Origin: Octopus vulgaris
Lineage: Eukaryota
Length of the DNA: 64,000 nucleotides
Direction: 5' to 3'
Assembly (NCBI GenBank): GCA_951406725.2
Contig: OX597833.1
Span: 1,364,001 to 1,428,000 of the forward strand
Positions within the stretch are counted from its first letter, which is position 1, and every line of letters begins with the position of its first letter. The notes beneath the pieces were generated by a model. The model was not told the DNA's origin. It made no database searches and worked only from the letters and a program-made list of their open reading frames with translations. Of this stretch, positions 29,727-41,875 are shown one piece after another. Both the position numbers and the translations under genes were made by a program.

Positions 29727-29959
29727 AAGGCGGTGAGCTGGTAGAAACGTTAGCACGCCGGGCGAAATTCGTAGCCGTATTTCGTCTGTCGTTACGTTCC
29801 GAGTTCAAATTCCACCGAGGTCGACTTTGCATTTCATCCTTTCGGGGTCGATAAATTAAGTACCAGTTACGCACTGGAGTCGATGTAGTCGACTTAATCC
29901 TTTTGTCTGTCCTTGTTTGTCCCCTCTGTGTTTAGCCCCTTGTGGGTAATAAAGAAATA
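29727..29959 (+). mobile_element. SINE family B monomer (B1 tail type)
   Basis: Head AAGGCGGTGAGCTGGTAGAAACGTTAGC, B-box-like GAGTTCAAATTCC, tail AGCCCCTTGTGGGTAATAAAGAAATA. Confidence 0.9.
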
Positions 29960-30413
29960 GGTATATCTGCAAACATATGGATGTGAATTGGAGGCACAAG
30001 TCTCTTGTCGTCCGTCAGTGGTCTGACGCTTCTCAAAGCCTCTGGCTTTTGCAACAAAGATTCATTAGCAACGACGTGAATATTGAGGACAAACCGAGCG
30101 GATGACAGAAAACGTTCACAATAGTATTTGAAACTTCTGATAGGCATCTGTAAAGGACGGGGAGAACACGTCTAAGTTAAATTTATTTATTCGGAAGACA
30201 CCCCCTTCGCCCTCGCACAATCGCTTACTATTTCTGAACCGAAAATCAGATTTTCACAATACTCTGCTTCCAGAAGTAGCATCAAAGACCACCTCTTCTC
30301 ATCCTTCGTTTTTCACGAGGGATTTCCAAATATCTCTCATTTCAACTTGAAAACGGATATCCCATGAACGCAGTCTGCGACCCTGTCAAATACTGCATAA
30401 CATCTTAGTTACC

Positions 30414-30459
30414 TATTTCTTTATTTTTTAAAATAAGATACCTATTTCTTTATTTCTTT
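30414..30459 (-). mobile_element. 46-bp abortive retro-insertion made of repeated SINE-B1 tail sequence, 17-bp TSD
   Basis: ATAACATCTTAGTTACC at 30397-30413 and 30460-30476 flanks three (T)AAAGAAATA motifs on the minus strand. Confidence 0.65.
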
Positions 30460-32116
30460 ATAACATCTTAGTTACCACGACATGCAACAAGTCTCGAAGA
30501 ACGAACGAAAGACTCTATAGCCTACACGCCTCAGTAAAACATCGAAAAACGCAGTCTTCGTGTTTAGCGTCAAAGTATTAGCCAAGCCACATTCTCTTCC
30601 TTCTGGCTGTGAAATTTTTATAACAGCTTCTACCAAATTAGCAATTATCTCACTCTTCTGCCAAATGCATCCCAATGCCAGTTCCTTACCAGTTCCATCC
30701 CAATCACTGTCCGTATTTTATTACTGTTCATCTCATCTCCCTCTTAACAAGTTCGTTAAACATGGATTTCTGCTCAGGTTACTCCAAGTTTCAGATTTTC
30801 CCGGATAAAGATATTTGGAGTTGCAACACACGGATACCATGTTACAAACCGGTTATTATATTCCACGACAGAATGACAATGGTATGTTAATTATCAATAT
30901 GGCAATATCAAGTAATTATAATGTCGAGTAAGATCGAGCTGAAAAGCTGTGAAAAGACATCGATTGTGCTGTGGATATAAAACTGCCCTAGCAATTAAAA
31001 CATGTGTCTAGCATTCAATTTATAATTGGTACTCGTGGTATAATCCACAGCAACTCTATAAGCTTGGATAGGTTGCTAATAACGATTGGTGACTGAAAAC
31101 ACCTGGTTGTTACAGAAATAATTGCTGTTTTTAAGCATCGGCGTTAAAGCAGTATACATTAGCAGTGAATAAATTGTATTCATCGAAATAATAACTATTG
31201 CAGACCTCATGTGAAATTTGCTAACACGACGCTAGCATATTTATTCTGTTACCATAAAATGTCGGTATCTTAGAAACTATAAATCCTTCTATGGCATTTA
31301 GAATTATTCTTTGACTGCTGAAGGTATCACTTTATTTCATAAATTGGTCATACTAACTTACAAAGATGTGGTTGCGGGCTGAACAAAGACACAAATGATA
31401 ATGGAATGAAAAAATAGAAAAGATGGTTGGTGGGGGAAGCAGACAAGCCCCCCACCCGCCGATTGTTACTTCCCTAAAACATTGTTCTCTTCTTCTCGAT
31501 AACACAAAATGAGGTATTGAACCGCTTACCAAAGTTCAAGGAATGGACGCAATTGTCCTTACAAGTTGAGGCACTGAGCCTCCTACCAAGGTATCACTTT
31601 GTTGGATGTTATCGAAGACGGGCTGATAAAAATTATCGTCATTGGGTGAAAAATCTAGGGAGAAGCAAGCTGATGAGGATAACGTTTTGTAGCGTAAGTG
31701 GTCAGAGGGAATGTATTTTGGGGTTCTGAGGAATCGGTTCTGAAGGATTTACTAATGTGAAATGAGTTCGCTGTTGTTCTTGGATAATTTTGCCGCAATT
31801 TCCATGCAATACATCCCCATGTGATGGCATCGAATCTATTCAACAAATCGTTGTCGACGATTCCACTACCAATACACAAGCAACAATAATTGAAAGTTTC
31901 TTCTGACGTAGCTTCGGTTTGTGAAACTCTTTTGGTGAGTCACCTCGACCAAATCACAGGATAGGTCGCCGTCACCTGTTGTATAAAATCCATTTTTGTC
32001 GCATGCCACAATGCAGACATCTCTTTTTGTTTTCCTGGCACATAAAGGATTATATCTCCTTCGCATTTACAGGGGATACCAAATACTACCTTATAATTAG
32101 TGTAAATTCTTTTCAA

Positions 32117-32172
<56 letters not shown>

Positions 32173-32177
<5 letters not shown>

Positions 32178-32392
32178 ATCCAAACAAGAAAACACAAAAA
32201 ACAAAAGAAAAAAAAAACAGCAACGCGAGGACGTGGAACAAATATAGTATTATTGGACGCTCAGGAAAGAAGGGAAGAAGGAGGCTTTAACGTTTCGAGC
32301 GGAGCTCTTCGTCGGAAACATAGGAGAAGGAAAGATCCTGAGAAGGGAAGACAGAGGAAAAAAAAATCGGCAGCGGTACTCACGAGGTCACA
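32173..32392 (-). mobile_element. Penelope-pLTR-like fragment in (TA)n with a hammerhead-like motif (32286-32319)
   Basis: Minus strand: UUU-CCGACGA-A-GAGC(ucc)GCUC-GAAAC-GUU-AAA; both ends lie in TA repeats. Confidence 0.6.
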
Positions 32393-32413
32393 TATATATG
32401 TATATATATATAG

Positions 32414-32477
<64 letters not shown>

Positions 32478-32744
32478 AAACACGCTCGCAACAAGATCTC
32501 AAGCACGAAAAAGTGGCCTCTATAACGGACTACATGAATAGTCCCTGAAAAGGTTGCAAGTAACAAAGGAAGTACTTTGACAAACAAAAGCAAAACAAAT
32601 TAAACAATCTATTAGTCAGTTGGATATATGAAATTGAAGAATTGAACCAGTGCGTGTGTTATCTATATTGGTATGATGACTCGCCCTAAACACAGCAATA
32701 TATATATATATGTGTGTGCGTGCGTGTATATATATATATATATA

Positions 32745-33007
32745 TATATTATATTAAATTAGAGATAAAACCACTATTAGGCAAATCATACAATGGAAAA
32801 CTTAAGCCAATACATAAGATTAATTAATTTATATTATTTTAAATATATATCAAAATTATTAAAAAAAGATAATTAGTATAACACTACGATCGTTTCACGG
32901 CTGTCCAATTCTTAAAATTTCGAGTTACAGTCATTCTTCAGGTGATTTAAATATCTAAAATATAATCAGAAATATTTAAACAATATATATATATAAATAT
33001 ATTACTC

Positions 33008-33079
<72 letters not shown>

Positions 33080-33223
33080 CTCATGGCTTAAGTTTTTCAC
33101 TGTTTGATTTGCCTAATAGTGGTTTTATCTCTAATTTAATATAATATAATATTTTACTATAAAATTGGATTCAATCCTAAATCTGATTTTTCCCTGTAAG
33201 TTTGGATTTATTCCCTAATATTT

Positions 33224-33230
<7 letters not shown>
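32745..33230. mobile_element. Partially inverted Penelope-pLTR-like element in (TA)n
   Basis: About 32746-32809 is the reverse complement of about 33084-33147 with few mismatches; carries the hammerhead at 32882-32944. Confidence 0.75.
32882..32944 (-). ncRNA. Minimal type-I hammerhead ribozyme motif with canonical core
   Basis: Minus strand: CAC-CUGAAGA-AUGACUGU(loop)ACAGCCGU-GAAAC-GAUC-GUA-GUG; palindromic ACGAUCGU in stem III. Confidence 0.7.
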
Positions 33231-33293
<63 letters not shown>

Positions 33294-33484
33294 GCATGTA
33301 TGTATGCATGTATATATAATGGAGGAATTATACAAAATGTATATATAGATGATGAGTAAATCACCAGCACAGTTTTGATTATCTGTTGTTATCCGTAGAT
33401 TTATTGCAGGAACTTCGTAGTGGCTGTTGGAGTAACAGTATTAATAAAATAGATGGAATGAGTAATATATTCTATTGGGTAAGG

Positions 33485-33520
33485 CACATGTTTCGACCCG
33501 TTCTGGGTCTCTTCAGGTAC
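33485..33520 (-). ncRNA. Decayed hammerhead motif
   Basis: Minus strand: CUGAAGA-GACCC(agaac)GGGUC-GAAAC-AU-GUG; core and stem II are perfect, but the triplet is GUG and stem I is lost. Confidence 0.5.
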
Positions 33521-33596
33521 ATCAATAACAAGACTCACTAGATATTTCCTGAGTCGGCTTACGTACCGCTATATGGCCAACAAATTTGAGAATAAG

Positions 33597-33687
<91 letters not shown>

Positions 33688-33688
<1 letters not shown>

Positions 33689-33939
33689 AAGGTGCCGCAG
33701 AAAGGTTGCCTCGATTTCAACGGTTAATAAGAAACGAAAACATGAAGATGCATGGAAAACATTTGTATTTCTATGAAGTTTATTCAATGCCATTTTCTTT
33801 CCGTTTCAGGTATTGCCTATCATCGTCTGGAGTCGAGAGTATCATGCATTTGTAAGAAATGCAAAGAATTTTCTGGTATCTTCATGTGTTTGTATTTTAT
33901 TAACCTTTGAAATCGAGGCAACCATTCTGCCGCACCCTG
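33688..33939. mobile_element. Tc1/mariner-type MITE with long TIRs and TA TSD
   Basis: TA|CAAGGTGCCGCAGAAAGGTTGCCTCGATTTCAA ... TTGAAATCGAGGCAACCATTCTGCCGCACCCTG|TA; inverted similarity extends about 80 bp. Confidence 0.88.
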
Positions 33940-34567
33940 TATGTATGTATGTATGTATGTATGTATGTATGTATGTATGTATGTATGTATGTATGTATGT
34001 ATGCATGCATCGCTGTTACAATTCCAGAAGGGAAGGGTCTTCCTTTGATTGTGACATGAAATGTCTGTGCAAGACCCTGCCTCAGTAAAGCTGGACTCAT
34101 TTTACCTCATTTTAAGGTAGCAAATATTTTTATTTGAAAATTAATATTCATTTCATCATTTTGTAGAAGCAGTAAGAAAATTGATAAAAGATAATTTATA
34201 ATTCCTGTACGTCATATTTCCTGACACGATGGCAAAAGTATGCTCCGAACGTTTTTAATCAAATGACAGGTACAGACACTCTAGTTTATACAAGAAAAGA
34301 AATATATACAAAAATATATAATATATTATATATACAAGAATATATGATATAATGTATACGAGAATATATGATATGTATGATAATCTTAGGTGATCACAAA
34401 ATCAGAAGTTTTGCGTGAGGAGACAGGTGTTCAGATCAACACCAGACGTGCCTGCGATTTAATTTTTGACATTCGAAGTATAAAAAACGAAGTTGATCTC
34501 GGCTGGATTTGAACACAAAACGTATAGATCCGGAACATGTAGGTAATAACATTTTAACAGACGTTCT

Positions 34568-35167
34568 TATTTCTTTATTGCCCACTGGGGTCTAAACACA
34601 GAGGGGACAGACAAGGACAGACAAACGGTTTAAATCGATTACATCGACCTCAGTGCGTAACTGGTACTTGAATTATCGACTCAGAAAAGATGAAAAGCAA
34701 AGTCGACCCCGGCGGAATTTGAACTCAGAACGTAGCGGCAAATGAAATACCTATTTCTGTACTACACAAAAGGGGCTAAACACAGAGGAGACAAACAATG
34801 ACAGACAAACGGTTTAAGTCGATTACGTTGACCTCAGTGCGTAACTGGTACTTAATTTATCGACTTCGAAAGGATGAAAGGCAAAGTCGACCTCGGCGGA
34901 ATTTGAACTCAGAACGTAGCGGCAAACGAAATACCTATTTCTGTACTACGCACAAGGGGCTAAACACAGAGAGGACAAACAAGGACAGAAAAACGGATTG
35001 AGTTGATTATATTGACCCCCAGTGCGTAACTAGTACTTGATTTATCGACTCCGAAAAGATGAAAGGCAAAGTCGACCTCGGCGGAATTTGAACTCAGAAT
35101 GCAGCGACGGACGAAATACCACAAAGTATTTCGCCCGGCGTGCTAACGCTTCTGCCAGCTCGCCGCC
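34568..35167 (-). repeat. SINE-B1 trimer (one head, three bodies) within one 15-bp TSD
   Basis: TSD TTTAACAGACGTTCT at 34553-34567 and 35168-35182; internal junctions AAATACCTATTTCT near 34750 and 34935. Confidence 0.9.
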
Positions 35168-35873
35168 TTTAACAGACGTTCTATCTTTTGAATGACGTTA
35201 CCTTAAACTTAATACTGTTACTAGTAGCAATTTGAGAATATATTATCTCGTCGAATCGTTCTCCTCGTGTACCTGTTGTATAATACTTTCTAATTCAACA
35301 ATAAAAGACAGCTGCTCGTGGATGTTCGAGAAATCGTAAACAGAATTGATTAATTAAGACCTAATGCAGGTGAAAGAGTCGCCTTCTTCTCCAAATATGT
35401 ACTCACGTTTCTATTTGTAAAAGTCATTTATTATAAGCGAGAATCATATTGCGTTATTTAGCAGCAATGAACTGAAATGAACCAAAAGTATATATCGGGC
35501 GTCTGAATTCATATTCAAAAATCGATACTATCAGCATAAATATTCATTTGTCAAACGTGACAAAATGTGTTCCGGCTTTGACAAAATGTATATGATTCTT
35601 ATGTGAGACTTGACCGCACGAATTCGAATTTTTCTCAGGCTGTCTTTAGTACAGCACAATAATTTGGGAATGGTAAGTTAAAAAAAAAAGGTGCCAAATG
35701 TATGGTATGTGAGCAACAAAATAAGAATTACAACCAAAGACAGTAATGGTTCGAATGAGAGAAAATATTTCCTACCACCTTGTATTCATGATTCGAAGCA
35801 TTTTCTTCTTTCTGCATACAACCAATCCTTTGGATTTTTGAATTGCTTCATCAAAAGAGTATTTGTTACGAAA

Positions 35874-36260
35874 GGAGGCGCAATAGCCCAGTGGTTAGGG
35901 CAGCGGACTCGCGGTCATAGGATCGTGGTTTCGATTCCCAGACCGGGCGTTGTGAGTGTTTATTGAGCGAAAACACCTAAAAGCTCCACGAGGCTCCGGC
36001 AGGGGATGGTGGTGATCCCTGCTGTACTCTTTCACCACAACTTTCTCTCACTCTTACTTCCTGTTTCTGTTGTACCTGTATTTCAAAGGGGCCGGCCTTG
36101 TCACTCTCTGTGTCACGCTGAATATCCCCGAGAACTATGTTAAGGGTACACGTGTCTGTGGAGTGCTCAGCCACTTACACGTTAATTTCATGAGCAGGCT
36201 GTTCCATTGATCGGATCAACCGGAACCCTCGTCGTCGTAACCGACGGAGTGCTTCTGTCC
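35874..36260 (+). mobile_element. SINE family C, full length, 13-bp TSD
   Basis: tRNA-like head (TAGCCCAGTGGTTAGGGC; GGTTTCGATTCCC); TSD ATTTGTTACGAAA at 35861-35873 and 36261-36273. Confidence 0.92.
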
Positions 36261-36307
36261 ATTTGTTACGAAACAGCAATTCTTGAACTGCCACGGGAAT
36301 AAGGACA

Positions 36308-36361
36308 GACCAATGCCTTGTGAGTGGATTTGGTTAACGGAAACTGAAAAGAAGCCCGTCG

Positions 36362-36396
<35 letters not shown>

Positions 36397-36634
36397 GTAC
36401 ATGTGTATATATGTTTGTGTGTCTGTGTTTGTCCCCCAACCAACATCACATGACAACCGATGCTGGTGTGTTTCCGTCCCCGTAACTTAGCGGTTCAGCA
36501 AAAGAGACCGATAGAATAAATACTAGGCTTACAGAGAATAAGTCCTGGGGTCGATTTGTTCGACTAAAGGTAAATGCTCCAGCATGGCCGCAGTGAAATG
36601 ATTGAAACAAATAAAAGAGTAAAAAGTAAGAGTA
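36308..36634 (+). mobile_element. SINE family A, 5'-truncated and diverged
   Basis: Matches the 2072 copy from GACCAA..CCTTGTGAGTGG to the tail. Confidence 0.88.
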
Positions 36635-36732
36635 TATGATAGATTAGTGACTATAAGCATATCCAGTGAATCTAAGAGCTCTCTTCTTCAACATGCACAC
36701 ATATACGGCTTGGATACACACATATGTATGCA

Positions 36733-36829
<97 letters not shown>

Positions 36830-36830
<1 letters not shown>

Positions 36831-37155
36831 CGCAGGAGTGGCTGTGTGGTAAGTAGCTTGTTTACCAACCACATGGTTCTGGGTTCAGTCCTACTGCGTG
36901 GCATCTTGGGCAAGTGTCTTCTACTATAGCTTCGGGCCGACCAAAGCCTTGAGAGTGGATTTGGTAGACGGAAACTGAAAGAACCCCGTCGTATATATGT
37001 ATATATATATACGCGTGTGTGTGCTTGTGTGTCTGTGTTTGTCCCCCTAGCATTGCTTGCCAACCGATGCTGGTGTGTTTATGTCCCCGTTACTTAGCGG
37101 TTCGGCAAAAAAGACTGATAGAATAAGTACTGGGCTTACAAAAGAATAAGTCCCG
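36830..37155 (+). mobile_element. SINE family A, 3'-truncated
   Basis: Match stops at AAGAATAAGTCCCG. Confidence 0.9.
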
Positions 37156-37490
37156 CACACGTCAAAGTCACCAGCCCCCTTCCACACGCACATACACGCT
37201 CTCACATACATACGCAAGCGCACCTTCGTTTTTGGATCACCACTTCTTTCTTATCTCCTCTTCTTCCTAGCTCTCCTGTGTGACCCTTCTGTCCAGCATT
37301 CGCCATGATAGATCGCTAGCCACTAAACCTTTTTCTATTTTCTCTCCCTGTTTATTTCTGTGTTCGTTCCGTTGAAGAGCGTAGGCTCGAAACGTAAAAG
37401 ACTTTCTCACTTCCCGAGCATTAAACTAATCGATCTGTTTGTTGTTTACACACCCGCCTTCGTGCTTTTTTTTTTGTAAATTCTCTCTAT
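37156..37490 (+). mobile_element. Penelope-pLTR-like fragment with a hammerhead-like motif (37367-37400)
   Basis: CCGUUGA-A-GAGC(guag)GCUC-GAAAC-GUA; downstream TTCCCGAGC..ACTAAT..TTTGTTGTTTAC..CC.GCCTTCGT resembles 60832-60914 and the minus strand of 43903-44012. Confidence 0.55.
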
Positions 37491-37493
37491 ATA

Positions 37494-37845
37494 TAGTAAA
37501 ACCTCGCAGTAAGAGAGTATCATTTTACGAGTAATTTGCTGTACGAGCCAACATCCGCAGTACGAACACACAAATCGGCCCATCTTTAAGGTAATTCAGT
37601 TAATAAGACCAGTTTACACATTTCTGTTGCAGTCACTCTTAATAATTGTCATTTTACTTGTAACTACAACTTTTTCTATTTTACAACCTATAAAAAATTA
37701 TTATTCTTGAGTGATACTATGGCGCTGGAACGGTTTAATTATATTTTAGTAAATTTCAATGGAAAAAATTGACTTGCAAAACCAGTATATCGTAAGACGA
37801 GTTCGATCATGGAACGAATTCAACTCGTACTGCGAAGTATCACTG
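37494..37845. mobile_element. Tigger/pogo-like MITE
   Basis: TA|TAGTAAAACCTCGCAGTAAGAG ... CTCGTACTGCGAAGTATCACTG|TA imperfect TIRs. Confidence 0.75.
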
Positions 37846-37901
37846 TATATAATCCATTCATACATATACATGCATATATACATACACACATACATACATA
37901 C

Positions 37902-37940
<39 letters not shown>

Positions 37941-38364
37941 CAGGAATGTAATGTCTTTCACACACTTCTGCTCAAGCTGCGCAAAAAAATTCTTTTCATA
38001 AAGTCTTCTCTATTGACACAATGCGAACATAGACTTATGTTCGATGAATAAAGACATTTATGCCATCACACGGTTGCTTATGAATTCATACATATGACTG
38101 ATGTTTTAATATATTTGATCTAAAATTTCTATAGTTTCAAAGAAAGAGTTCAATGGCTGAGCAATGGAAGTGTAAGAAGACAGTTTCGGGTAACTGAGAA
38201 GCAGGCCTGCAGCGAACCAAGAAAGGTCAGAACACTACCGATTTTACGCACCGCAACCATAGAATTGTACCAGCGTGTTCCACACAAAGTTGTGTCTGTT
38301 ATGGGGATGGATGTATATATATATATATATACATACGTACATAGATATATATATTCATATATAC

Positions 38365-38456
<92 letters not shown>

Positions 38457-38512
38457 CAAAGATATTTATCTTTGATATGGAGAAAATTTTTATCGATTCA
38501 TCTTTAAATATT

Positions 38513-38581
<69 letters not shown>

Positions 38582-38702
38582 ACACACGTACACACACACA
38601 TATATATATAATTATACATATTCACATTGGTACGTCTGGGAAAGTATAAACGTATATGTATTTTTATATCCATGTAAGTACATATGCACACTCACGCGCA
38701 TT

Positions 38703-38761
<59 letters not shown>

Positions 38762-38987
38762 AGATAGATAGATAGATAGATATAAACGCATACATAGATA
38801 ATTTTATTTTACTACCTCACCGTGTATCTTCATCTACGTTTACTTACGTATTATGAATCATGATCTTGTGACAACCTGGCGTTATATACATTTATATTTT
38901 TCTTTCTCTCTCTCTCTCTCTCTCCATCTATCTATGTATCAATCTATCTAATATACATACACACACAGATATATATGCATGTATATA

Positions 38988-39079
<92 letters not shown>

Positions 39080-39275
39080 TCAAAAATTGTGAAGCATGAC
39101 TGTCACCACTACTACATGAACCTGAAGATTGCAGAATTTAATGCATGAAAGTACTAGTTCAATCAGAATGAACATTTAACATTCTATTATTTTATTTTAG
39201 TCTATTATATTATCTTTTATCATTATAAGATTGTAAATAAAACGTGAAATTCAGACAAGGTTGGAATTCCTTTTA

Positions 39276-39315
<40 letters not shown>

Positions 39316-39342
39316 CATAGAATACAATAATTTAGGCGTATG

Positions 39343-39432
<90 letters not shown>

Positions 39433-40905
39433 CATATATATTATTAATCTGTGTATGTATGTGTTCATGTGTGTGTCTGTGTTAGATTGAGTGAATCTTT
39501 CACCATATTAATTCATTGACGACGAATATGTACGTGTGAAATCCTAGAAAAGCATCTTTTATGAACGAAGTACAGAATGATAAGTTCTCTGTACCTAGTT
39601 GTAGACACTCCCTTTATTTCCTGGTCGTCAGAAATGCAGGTAAACGGTGACTTGGTTATAGGGAACCTGTTACAAATTACACTGCCCCCTGCCACTCGAA
39701 TCATAAATTTAAAAGGTTGAATAAAGAAATAATTATAGAATAACAATGAGAGCCTGAAAATATGGGGTGCCGTAGCAGACATTGTCAAAGTTTTCTTTTT
39801 ATCGCCAGTAAAATTGTGATAAAATCCTGACTTTTCTTCCGAGAATTTTAACAGTCAGCCATTGCAAAACTTCTAAACAATGTCTCTTCCTGCTGGGAAA
39901 CAATACGATCTCATCATAAAGTTTCCATTTTATCGTTGGGTTTATTCGAGCAAGTAAAACGCAGAGAAGTATCACTTGGAAATAGCTGGTAATTAAACTA
40001 ATTATACCGTTAATTTTTTTTCATTTTATTGTATTTTCCATGCTGTAGTCATCGTATAACAAATAATTTTGTCAATTGACGGAGTGATTTTCCTCAACGT
40101 AAAACACTATACCAATTTTAGAAAGACCCACATTTACATACCATCTCCCTGTTTTAACAACCCTATACATTACCGTAATGTCTTCTGGGGTATTTAAACC
40201 ATTTTAGTTCCTTAATTGCCTGTGTAAATTCTTCTGAAGTGATTTCTAGTTCTTGTTCGATATCAAACGGAATTTCCTGTCTTAATTATCTTTACACCTT
40301 GTTTTCGACCTCATAGTCTTCTCTCCGACGTTCTTATACCTCGTTTGCTTTGATTAGTTGTTTGGTCGTATTTATCTGCAACGTTTCGACATTTAACTAC
40401 GCCAGTCTTTAGTTACATCGTTAATGATTTGTTCTATGATTTTCTGGATTTATTTCTTCTATAAATTATTTATATTTATTCTCCGCATCGTTCCGTCAAT
40501 CTGTGTAATGTTTGCTGCATTAATATCCTTCCTTAGTTTTCCTATTGGCCAATCAGTGTTTTATTCGTCCTCATTTTGCTTGTTTCAGCTCACTTCTTTC
40601 ATCCCAGCTGATTTAATCGTTCATCATTTTTCATCTTTCTATGCTTAACTTTCCGTCTACAAATAATTTTCTCGACTGCTTTTATTTATTCAAAGTCGAC
40701 CGCCAATCCTTAAACATTCGCATCGAATATTTACTTATAACTTACTTGCCATTTACATGAAAGGTGTCAGCCGATTAAATCGGTCGGTACTTTCAAAAAT
40801 ACTCCATTTTAACGTCGAGATGTTAAAAGATTAAGTTGACCGCAGTAGAAATTGAAATTAAGATGTAAGGAGTCAAAATAAAATGCTACAATACTACATA
40901 TAGCT

Positions 40906-41137
40906 ATTTCTTTACTACCCACAAGGGGCTACACACAGAGGGGACAAACAAGGACAGACAAACGGATTAAGTCGATTATATCGATCCCAGTGCGTAACTG
41001 GTACTTATTTAATCGACCCCGAAAGGATAAAAGGCAAAGTCGACCTCGGCGGAATTTGAACTCAGAGCGTTACGGCAGACGAAATACGGCTACGCATTTC
41101 GCCCGGCGTGCTAACGGTTCTGCCAGCTCGCCGCCTT
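40906..41137 (-). mobile_element. SINE-B1 monomer with a ~25-bp TSD, nested in an older SINE-B
   Basis: AAA(T/C)GCTAC(A/C)ATACTACATATAGCT at 40881-40905 and 41138-41162; flanks (about 40770-40880 and 41163-41204) resemble a decayed SINE-B on the same strand. Confidence 0.9.
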
Positions 41138-41549
41138 AAACGCTACCATACTACATATAGCTTTTAATTAAATATTCCTTCATCTTTACCAATCCACTGT
41201 CTTAATTTGCATCATACGCTAATTATTATTTGGGCAAGAATTTACTCACTACCTCTGGTTGTATGCTTAATCTTGTGAGCCCCTAACACCGGTTTACTGG
41301 TGGAAGGCTTTATTTTTCTGCATACTATAGCACCGCTCTATACCGTAGGACTGGTGGGGTGCCAGGTTGATGGTCAAATGAGGTTCATGAGGTCAGGGCC
41401 CAAACGGTTAAATATAAATTTAATTTTGCATTTCGCCATTTTTGACCGACCCGAACTCAAACTGCATTTTAAAGATCTTTAAAAGTTTGTACACGCGAAC
41501 TATAGAGACAATCCCGTAATCGGTTAATGCACACATGGACCGCTTTAGG

Positions 41550-41875
41550 CACCGTTGTGGCTTTGTGATGAAGAAGATCATTTTGCAGCCATTTGGTTTC
41601 GATCAAGTCTCACAGCGTGGCGGCTTGGGTAAACATCTTTCATTGCTGCAGTCCCTAGCAAGCAAATCATGTGAGTAAATTTGGTAGACTGAAATTGGTG
41701 GAAGCTCCTCAGGGTTATAAACTATAATGTATGCATGTCTTTACGTTTGCCCTCATATCACCTGACAAACGGTCCCCTATAACATAACTGTTTGGATAAA
41801 AACATAAATTTTGGGGACAATTGATCGACTGACTCTGCATGTGCCCAGTTCATTGATTAAAACAAACAGAATAAA
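41550..41875 (+). mobile_element. Highly degenerate SINE-A-like relic
   Basis: GCGTGGCGGCTTGGGTAAACATCTT...TGTGAGTAAATTTGGTAGACTGAAATTGGTGGAAGCTC follows the SINE-A motif order. Confidence 0.6.

Noticed and set aside
35874-35950. tRNA gene
   Set aside because: A and B boxes are present, but the sequence is the head of a TSD-flanked SINE and has no complete acceptor stem.
39500-40420. Possible degenerate Penelope RT on the minus strand
   Set aside because: Only vague motif similarity with many stops; not supportable without a profile search.
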